From Guillardia theta CCMP2712 (taxonomy: Eukaryota; Protista; Cryptophyta): a DNA stretch of 64,000 nucleotides. Positions 55,032 to 64,000 of the stretch are shown one piece after another (the stretch's first letter is position 1; each line of letters starts with the position of its first letter). Both the position numbers and the translations under genes were made by a program. Location of the stretch: positions 11,413-75,412 of the forward strand of contig NW_005434570.1 in assembly GCF_000315625.1 (NCBI RefSeq), written 5' to 3'. Under the pieces are notes generated by a model that saw only the letters and a list, made by a program, of their open reading frames with translations, did not search any database and had not been told where the DNA came from.

Positions 55032-58000
55032 TCATCTCATGGTACTCTTCCTCCTCACAGGTTTCGGCTTCCAGTCAGGATCAAAGCTTGACTCCTCCTT
55101 GACTTTGCTCGACCACTCCCTGTCAATATCCATTTCTTCCTCTCCGCCCGCTCCTTCCATCGTGTCCTTCCCTGCCACCGTCCCATCACCCGCTGCCGTC
55201 TTGCTCGTGTTAAAATCTTCTTCAATCGGATTGGACTCGCCGTCTCTTTTCAGCAGCTCATCGAAGCTCATATGCACTTCCTGCAAACAAACCTGGTTGA
55301 GCCAACGATGGTATGCTGCCTTCCCTCGCGGCTCCTGCGGATGCAGCGGAAGCCCCATCTTGCGTTCTACCTTCTGCAGCAACTTTCTATCCCTGGGGAT
55401 CGGGATTGGGCACAGGGTGGAGCGAGTGTTCTGATCCAGATCCGTGTCCAAGAGGAGGGGCGAGTCGTCGGGGTCGGGCAACTTGGGATAGAGATTTTCC
55501 TCCAGGGTGCGAGACATAATCTTTTTGTCATCCTCTGTCCGATCCTTGACCAAGTGATCCCACTCAGTGCGGATGTGCCCCCACGCCCAGAGCTCTCGCT
55601 TGTAGACGTTGTCGGGGTCGAAGATCGGATCAGGTCCCTGTCGCCTCCTCTCCAACTCCTTCAGATGAGCCATGTACAGGTCCACCCACTTGCGGATACG
55701 CTGCAGCGTCTGCGTGGAGACGTATTTCTCCTGCTCTGACTTCAACCTTGCCGCTGTGTAGTTGAGCTTGCCCCGTACGCGCAATCCTCCCGCAAGTTCG
55801 TACTCCAAAGGCTGCTTTCCGTCACTTTCCATCCTTGCATCCTCTATAGCTGCACAGTAGAGGTCATCTTCGTCCGACACGTCGGGCTCGAAGTACAAGT
55901 TCCCTTCTGAGTCAGAGACGAAGTTGTCAAGCGGATGGTTGGCCCAGGCAGGGAGATCCTCTTCTTCACCCTTGAGACCGCTATGTGAAAGGAACTCGTT
56001 GCTCTCGTTGATGAAGACCGACGGGCGCAAGATGTAATATCCCACTGCGTGATACAGTCTCTCCGACTCCGGCAGATTTTGATCGTTGTCCGGTGGGAAG
56101 AAATCGAACATCACGGGTGTTCCGAGGAAACTGCAGGAGAATAAGTCGAGAATCATGGGCAGGGTAGAGACGAGAAGGAAAGGAATAGAAAAAGAAGACG
56201 AAAACTATCTTGAAAGCGACGTGTGCACAGAGGGAAAGAGTAGGGGAGGGCAGTACGTGGGAACCACCAAGTAGGACCAACCTGTACTCTTTACGCCGTT
56301 GTTGCCGCACAGTCTCGTTGCGGTTTTCAAATACGATATCTTCGAAGACAACCCCCCTAATCGTCGAGTTCCTGATTTCCAAGTAAGTTTGGTTCTCTGC
56401 CCCGATCCAGATAGCGGCTGATTGCTGTTGCAGAAGCTTGCAGTTCAGCACCTGACAGGAATCGGTAAGCTTCCTGCTATCATGGTACAGAGGCATGGAA
56501 GGGACAGAACCTGCATCTTGGCCTTGCATGTTACCCCGACAGCGTATACATTGTCCCGGAACAAGCAATCTTTCAATGTCACGTAACCCTTGTCCTCTGC
56601 TCGAACCCCGATTCCTCCCAGCAGCCCTGTATGGAACACAGAAGTCCTCTCCATGATCAGCCGAGCTCCGAGGCTGACCGTCACTCCATCTCCTGCCAGC
56701 TCGAACATGTCCATCCCTTCGCCTCCGATGGTACAATCCGACACCCACGCTGCGCCGAGTCGGAACAACTTGATCGCGCTAGCAGAGATTGTGATGACCT
56801 TGCACTTGAAGGAAGGAATGAGTTCCTAGGAGTTAATATTCTCATTCACCTCATCAATAGTCCACGGCCCTCCCCAAATGCTAAGACATGCGTCCTCCAG
56901 TGCCTGATCCTGCAAAAGTTTTCACTGCTCCGCCCAAGCGTTCAGAAAGCAAACTCATGTACGTAAGGATTTCGTTGGACAGGAGGATAGAATTGACACC
57001 GAAGCTTCTGGATCGTTCCATTCGTCCCTTCCTGTAGAGTAAACGATTATTCTACAGGCGACAGACAAAGTTCTCAAAACTTACTTGCAGGTCCCATGAG
57101 CCATTAACGACAGCGGAATCACTCACTCCCTTCACAGACAAGGTGAAGCCAATAGGGATCAATGCCAGTTGCGTCTCAATCTCGTGCAATCCATCCTCGA
57201 CATCAATGTTTCCATGTGTGCCATGTTCAGTGAAGACTGACTCCATATATTCCGTTCTGGTACAGTTGAAAGCTGCACTAATCGCAGACAACATGTCATA
57301 TGCCACGAGGCTTCCCTTGCCTTTGATGACATCGTACTCTCTGACGTGATTATCTGGCGGATTTTTCAACAAGACATGTCGACTGACCTGCTTTTGTAGC
57401 AAACGTTTCACTTCACCGGAGGTATGGCTTCCTGCTACAGCGAGAGAGAAATTGCTCTCGTTGAACATACAAGGAAAATACCCTAGCAAACCTTGTTGCT
57501 GTTCCTGAACGTCCTCATAGCGGATCTCCTCATTGCAACAGAATTCCACCAGACTCCTTGCAAGTTCATCCCATTTCTCTTCCATCTCCCCTTCCATCTC
57601 CCACCATTCCTTGTCAAGTGCCGTCATCGACTCAGCGCGGGTTGACTCCCTCTCAACTTGAGACTTCATGCTCTGGGACTTTACGCCCTGCGAATCTTTC
57701 TGTTTATCCGTCTCCTCCAGTCCGAAGAAGTGCTCAGCGTCCAATGAAGCTCTACTGTCCAGCGCTCGATGTCGCTCCACCAGTTTGGGGCTCATCAGGC
57801 TCGATACTTCTGGAATCTTCTCACCCTTGGCAGCCATACGCGTGAGGTTCATGTAGAACTCCGTCGCGTCCTGCACGGAGAGGGAGTCTAGCTGTGGTCT
57901 AGCATACCTTGCTGATCCTGAAGCACAAGAAAACAACATGGGTTGGTAAGGTGCGCAAGCATCGTCGGAGATCCATACCTTCGGCTTGACTATCATCGCT

Positions 58001-58351
58001 TAGGTCCTGCATCATCCCCGGAACGTACTTGTCGTCGCCATCGGTCAAGCCTCCTCGAAGAGCTCTCAAGCGCAGCATTTCGCCTGCTCTTCGATGCCTC
58101 AGCATCACTGCGAGCTCTAGGGCTCCCAATCCGCGCTCATGCATCCGCCCTGACCTCATACCTCCACACCCACACCTCCTCCACAATCTCGAACCGACAT
58201 CGCCCGGCAACCAGCGGCGCCAGCCTTGCTCCTTGGCTGCTCGCAGCAGCATGGAGACTGGCTTACTGTTCTCTTGAGAGTTGATGACGACATGATCCCC
58301 CACGTGGCAGACCCAAACAAGCAGCGCCAGGGCCCAGCCCCTGCCCGCCAT
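55032..58351 (-). CDS. Signal-peptide protein with right-handed beta-helix (pectin-lyase-like) domain, multi-exon
   Basis: Beta-helix-like repeats VSDCTIGG, GDGVTVSLGARLIMERTSV, GVRAEDKGYVTLKDCLFRDN, LEIRNSTIRG; hydrophobic N-terminus; long exons 57996-57080 and 56130-55032. Confidence 0.7.
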
Positions 58352-59322
58352 TGCGCCCTGTCTTCGTATACGGCAGGTTATGAGCCTGATAGATTTTACA
58401 CAGAAAAAAAACAAGTATTTTAATATAGGTTTTTATATTTCATTTTCGATGTGTAAAATATTCGCCCCCCTCAATCTCATGGGTACCCCCTCTTTCCTGA
58501 TGGTATACCCCCACCTATCACATATGTTGACAATGTCCTTTGAGTCTTTTCAACCCAATGTTAGTGACTACCCACCTTTCGAACGAATCCTGATACCCTA
58601 CCACATAAATACCATGAAAATCAATAGAAAATATGGGTACTACATGGACCCCACCCTCCAAATTGTTTCTAGTCATGTGACCCCGTATTTCTCTATCGGA
58701 GCATGGCTTCCGAACCTTAGGAGGACCCTACCACATGGAAGGAAATGACCACTACCCTTTAATATCCTGTAAAGTACCCGTCATCAGAACCATGGCTTGA
58801 TCAAGGACCCCTCCAGGGACATATTTCGGCAGAGGAGGAATCACCCAAACTACCCCTACCCCCAGCCCGGCCCCGGAAGCCTATGAAAACTCCGAGGTAC
58901 AGCCATATCAGGACCCTCTTCCTCCCTCCTCCCTCCCTCCCTCCCTCTTTTTTTCCCTCCCTCCCTCCCTCCCTCCCTCCCTCCCTCCCTCCCTCCCTCC
59001 CTCCCTTCCCTTTATCGATTTTCCTCCCTCCATCTCAGCTCTCTGCATCTTGTTTCCGCCACTTCATTCGTGCACGCCCGTTTTTCAGCAACTTCTTACA
59101 TCGGCCAGGCTGTCAACGTCGTACGGATTCCAACCTTTCGCAACTATTGCGAGTCCAACTACACTTGTTGACCTCCATATCCACAGTGTGGGAGTGTAAG
59201 ATCCGCTCACGATCGTGGACCGCCGGTGTTGAATCGTCCGTAAGTTCTAGACTGTGTTTCTCGGCCTTGGTTCTTTCACAGGGAAATCAAAACTTCATGC
59301 AATATAGCTGAACTACGAAAAA

Positions 59323-59745
59323 ATGGGAGCTACGCAAAGTCTGGACTTTGACATGGACTGTCAGAAACCTATTTCAAACATGTGCTTGGCAAAGCCCGAC
59401 AAAACTCCTGAACAACCGCAGGAAATGTTGAGGAAAAATCGAAGTTTCAAGAAAGAAATTGGGAGAATAGACTCGCGGCTTGCCGTGCTAAGAACGGAGT
59501 TGGGATCAATTAATAATAAGATAGAGAAAAACGAGGCCAAAGTATCCAAGTCCGTCTTGCCGAGCGACCAGAAGATTATTGACACGACTCTGAAGCAGAA
59601 TAGTGTGCTTCTTGACCGACAAAATAGTTTAATCTTCGAGATCAAGGAGCTAGAACTAGCTCAAAGTCGACTGAGGAGAACATCTGAAGACCTGAGAGAG
59701 GAAATGAGCAAGTACGGCGCCTGCAATGTCAGATTCTCTGATTAA
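59323..59745 (+). CDS. Intronless coiled-coil protein with N-myristoylation motif
   Basis: MGATQS fits MGxxxS; heptad-like IDSRLAVLRTELGSINNKIEKNE...IKELELAQSRL. Confidence 0.7.
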   Translation: MGATQSLDFDMDCQKPISNMCLAKPDKTPEQPQEMLRKNRSFKKEIGRIDSRLAVLRTELGSINNKIEKNEAKVSKSVLPSDQKIIDTTLKQNSVLLDRQNSLIFEIKELELAQSRLRRTSEDLREEMSKYGACNVRFSD

Positions 59746-59839
59746 TGTTAATGTTAAAAATGAAATGATATTATTTGTAATCATCCGAGGACGGTGAAAG
59801 GATATAACTTGGCTTAGTAACGATTTTCACCTCAAATAG

Positions 59840-60390
59840 ACTCGGCAGTGCCGTGTGGCCTGGGCAGCTATCGTCACGGATATCTTCAGTCATGTATAAT
59901 CCAGCAATCCGACATTGAATGATGACTGATTATGCTGGATGACCGCCGGGGTCCCGTCCCGGATCATCGCCGCCGGATCACGGCGGCCGGGCACTGCCGC
60001 AACTCAGTGACCGTTGCAACTTGCCTTGCCACCGGCAAGGCGCCCCGGCGGTTGTCGTTGCCGCAGTGCCCTGGCAGGAACATCGAATTCCTTGGCTGTG
60101 CAATCATCGCGGCCGTCCTCCGACTCGCCCGGCCAGTACTCCGGACTGGAGTCCGGCCCGTTCACAGAGTCATTCGGAAAACTAAGTTGAAACTTTTAAA
60201 GATTCCCCGCGGCCAGCCCGTCGAGTCGGAGTGACTCGGCCCCCGCGGACTCTCGCCGCTGCCCGGCGCCGGCGCCGGCCCGGATCACCGACAATCGGAT
60301 CGGTGACTGGGGGGCCTCAGCCTCGAAGTTACTCAGTAGTCTGATTAGACCAATCGGCGGACAGCCGGCCCCCGAAATGCGGCCCCTGGT
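59840..60390. other. CCGG-rich intergenic island 8
   Basis: Same vocabulary; upstream of the YkgJ gene. Confidence 0.8.
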
Positions 60391-60669
60391 CGTTGAGGTG
60401 TATCACCGTCAGGTGCAAGCAAGACAACAAGTACCAAGCCTTGAAGAGCAACGTGAGATTGAGGAGACCCACACGTTACTGCGAACTAATCAAGACTTCC
60501 TGATCTCCTCTTGGTATCTCATCAGTGTTGAATCTTTGCTCGATCTTGTTTCCAATCCTCTCGTGACCTTCTCTTGCAAGGGTGTACATAGATATCCCTG
60601 TGGCCCGCAGGTCTGTTCTGCCCCCAGTCCTTGCATACGTTCTCAAGAATGTTCTCGAGCAGTGCTACC

Positions 60670-61589
60670 ATGTACTTGTCATTCAACGTTCTTGCCGTCC
60701 TGTCACTTGTAGCCTGCCTGCTCCAGAATTCGTTGGGGTTTCAAACGCTCACTGCAAGAGGTTTCCTTCGTGGCTCCAACCAAGTGAGATGTCGGCGCCA
60801 AGCTTACTGTCGCAAAGTGAACATCTTTAAGCTCAGATGTAGCAATGCTGAAGGGTATGTATGATCTTGTTGTTTGCGGCTGTTTCCTCTCAAGACCTTA
60901 CAGTCTCAGGACACTCTTCAGCCCTCCTTGGTCGTGTCTAGAGAAGTGTGGGGCTTGCTGCTACCTCCTCCCAGAGGAAAGGGATCTAGACTGCTTGTCC
61001 CCTGAGGATCGAAAGATATACATCGACATGGCGGGGGAGGACGGATGGTGCAAAAACTTTGACAAGGACAAGCACCTGTGCAGGATCTACGATGAACGGC
61101 CAGGGTTTTGCAGGATGGAGGTAAAGATGGGCATGACTTGATTTTACCTCATGAGATGGGCAGAACATCCAGATGATGTACAGCATTGAAGAAGAAGAAC
61201 TGGGAGACTTTGCTGCAGACGCTTGCAGGGACCACATCGATGAGGTGTTTGCGAACGTGCGACTTGACTGTTCATCACCGATTCATTGCAGCTGTACGGA
61301 GAGGACTCAATCACCCGGATCAAGTTCGACATGCTGCAAGAGAAGGTTAGAGAATCTAGTGGATGGAGCACTCCGCCGAGATCTGAGGAGGGTGACGTTG
61401 ACTTGGAAGAGTTGTTGAGAACAAGGGAGGAGGTGAGATCGGTCATGCTAGCTTCTCCTCTCTCTTACCCATGGTCATCAGCTGCACAAAGTGATCGAGT
61501 CTGGAGTCCCCGACGATGAGAGAACGGGGATGAAGGAGATCTTAAGGGTGCTGAACGAGGCGATCGATGCAAAGAGGAAGGAGACGTAG
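60670..61589 (+). CDS. YkgJ/UPF0153 family Cys-cluster (CxxCxxCC) protein, predicted plastid-targeted
   Basis: WSCLEKCGACC, GWCKNFD, CRIYDERPGFCR; signal peptide ending SLG-F; spliced to stop at 61587-61589. Confidence 0.85.
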
Positions 61590-62155
61590 CGAATGCCCGA
61601 TCACTGGATCCGGGAGCGCAAGGTCGGTTGCCCTTTTTTTCGGAACCCTAGAACTAGCCTTGAGTCCAATTACCAGATCCATCTTGCATGATAAGAAGAA
61701 AGACCACTTGTGATGGCGTTGGCAACAATGCAAAATGGAGAGTTGGTTCTAAATCTTGACTTCATGCAGAGGAATAAAAGATAGATAAGAATACTGCGCT
61801 CAAAGAGTCAAAGCCTCTTCGATGAATCGTGGATGCCATGGACAAGATTCAAGAATAACAAAAGGAGGGATAGGAGCTGATGCATCTCATTCATCGAATA
61901 AAAGTTCTCACTAATAGACGAGCAAACTAAATATACAAGAACCCGTTGACGCACCATCAACACAAGCAATCAAGCACGAAAATGCATTTACACTATAAAG
62001 GCTCTTGAATGCCCAGACACCTTCGCCCGGTCTTCATGAACTCAACAGATTCTTCTCACACCGCTCTGGTGGTTTCGAAAGTGTGAAAACGCAGAGGCGG
62101 AGCAAAGACTGCTCCATGAAAGTAACAAAACAAGTCTTCACTTTTCACACGATAA

Positions 62156-62899
62156 TCAGCCCAAACCTCGCTGAGCTTCTCTTGGTTGTAGGCACCACTC
62201 ACTTGTGTCTTCAGGCATACAGAATTCCATCGAGCCAACCGCAATCTCCTCCATCTCGTTGGGGCCCTCTTGGCTGGATTGATCCAAGCACTCGCAAGTG
62301 CTCTCCTCCCGTGACCACCGGGTGGGTCCGAAGCTTGCATCACTCTCGTCGCAGGAGGAAGAGCTCCGCCGCACATTTGATCTCGACAAACAAGATTCGA
62401 CGTAAGGCGCGCTGGAGCATGCAGACTCGCCTCCTCCTTCACCTTGCTCACATTTTTCGCTCACCAAGAACCGCATGCAACTATCCTGAGGATTCTCGTG
62501 GGTCTTATCCGTTTGCGACGGCGACGGTTGGTTGGGCTCTGATTTCTGCCTTTGTGCCTGCGGAAGCTCCTTGAATGTATGAACCAAGTTCTTTGTGTGT
62601 CTTGCCCACGATTTCCTATCCCATACGTCACGGACGGTCTTGGAGCTGATCCCATAGAACTTGGCGATCACCTCGCTCTCCACATACTTGCTCGTTGGAT
62701 CGGATGTTCTTTCTTGAAAGATTTTTGCAGCCAGATCGGCACTCAGTTTCCGTTGACGCACCTGGATGTTGCGTCGTCCTGCAACCGTCCCGGTCAAGGG
62801 GCCAGCGACTGGATAGGCAGATTCTTCCTTCGCCACCTGCTGGTCGAAAAAGACCCTGCGATAGGGGAAGAAGTGGGGCCCCGATAGTCTCTCGCTCAT
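62156..62899 (-). CDS. Helix-turn-helix putative DNA-binding protein
   Basis: KLSADLAAKIF...SEVIAKFYGISSKTVRDVWDRKSW followed by a low-complexity acidic/Ser tail. Confidence 0.7.
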   Translation of the reverse strand: MSERLSGPHFFPYRRVFFDQQVAKEESAYPVAGPLTGTVAGRRNIQVRQRKLSADLAAKIFQERTSDPTSKYVESEVIAKFYGISSKTVRDVWDRKSWARHTKNLVHTFKELPQAQRQKSEPNQPSPSQTDKTHENPQDSCMRFLVSEKCEQGEGGGESACSSAPYVESCLSRSNVRRSSSSCDESDASFGPTRWSREESTCECLDQSSQEGPNEMEEIAVGSMEFCMPEDTSEWCLQPREAQRGLG

Positions 62900-63569
62900 A
62901 TCGCAAAGAATGCTCTTCGACAGACCGGCTGATCGCTGTAGACGACGCTGTAGGGAACAGAACCGGGTCGAACGAAGAAAGTTGCCGTGGAACAAGAAGA
63001 AAGATGTTATGAGAAGATGGAAGCTCAGCAAGAATGAGAGAAGAGGGAAAGTCAGTAGTCAAGGCGATCAGTGGAGGGCGGGGAGGAGCACATACAAGGG
63101 ATGCGTGGCGTAGTTGTATACTTATTATTGCTTCAGGAAAGAGCCCCCAGAGGGGGTCCTCAGTGTCTCATGAGTGGACGAAGCTCAACGAGATGGAATT
63201 GGTTTGTGACTTAGGTCGGGACTTAGGAAATCGACGAGCCTGGCTCAGGGGTCAGGCAGAGAAGAGGGGTTTAGGGCTAATAACCGCTCGAGGTCGCGCC
63301 TGCCATGGGTATAATTGTAATTGGATATTTGATGTTTTATATTTATTTACTCACCTGCGAACTTCATGAAAGCTTGTTCTGTGCAACTACACCGACAAAA
63401 ATTTCCACACCCAAGACAGCCAGGCAGAAATTATCGAGAGCAGACAAGGAAGTGTTTTACTTCGAGACAGAGTTGATCTCTGCTTGAATGATGATTGACT
63501 CGCTGTTAATGATTGTGACCAGACTGAAAAAGCCATTCCATCGGAACGAGTAATAGATCTCAAAGCATT

Positions 63570-64000
63570 TCATCCTTGCGCAGGGCTTTTCCTTGAAAAC
63601 CCCCCGGAGAAGTACGGGATGGTACGTTCACAAGCATCTTCTAGCCTCGTCGGAGCATTCTGCAACTTGTTTACTTCCTGTCTGTCAGCATTCATTCGAG
63701 CTGTACTCTTGTCGTCCCTTGTACTATGACGTTCGTCGTTTAAGTCATCTATATTCACTCCGCTGTACTTCAATATCTCAGTCTTCACAATCTCTCGCTG
63801 ATTCTCTGCAACCAAACTTGGTCACATGTTGATGCATACTTGGCTCTCTGTCTGCGTTGTCAGAGTGAGAGGCTTGAGGTCAGACATTCTGAATCACCTT
63901 CAACGCTGCCATTTGTGACATGTTGAGGAAGATCATGAGGGTGATCTTGATGGTCGCTTACAATGGTGATGTTTGCTTCAGAACGTAGAGAAACATCGTC
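63570..64000 (-). CDS. Partial hypothetical gene entering from window end
   Basis: Exon-like ORF 63815-63570; no family recognised. Confidence 0.25.

Overview
This is eukaryotic nuclear DNA: gene-dense, mostly with short (~45-75 nt) GT-AG introns, some swollen by microsatellites. Bipartite signal+transit peptides with Phe/Tyr at +1, expanded RWP-RK and HTH families and the general style point to a cryptophyte such as Guillardia theta (inference). Recognisable genes: plastid triosephosphate isomerase, a DEK-C + Reb1/DMTF1-type Myb protein, an OTU+PDZ protein, serine racemase, four RWP-RK factors, a BAH/Tudor-like protein, an ABHD11/YbfF hydrolase, a FUT8/GT23-like fucosyltransferase, a beta-helix protein, a YkgJ Cys-cluster protein, an HTH protein and several orphans. 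The most unusual signal is intergenic. About eight CCGG-rich islands are built from a shared vocabulary of short palindromic words and lie mostly between divergent genes. They are often flanked by zones strongly depleted of GpC and enriched in TACCC/GGGTA. One island is split by a 2.6 kb element with 24-bp terminal inverted repeats. There are two 100-N assembly gaps. Exon boundaries were read by eye, counts are approximate hand counts, and no searches were run.
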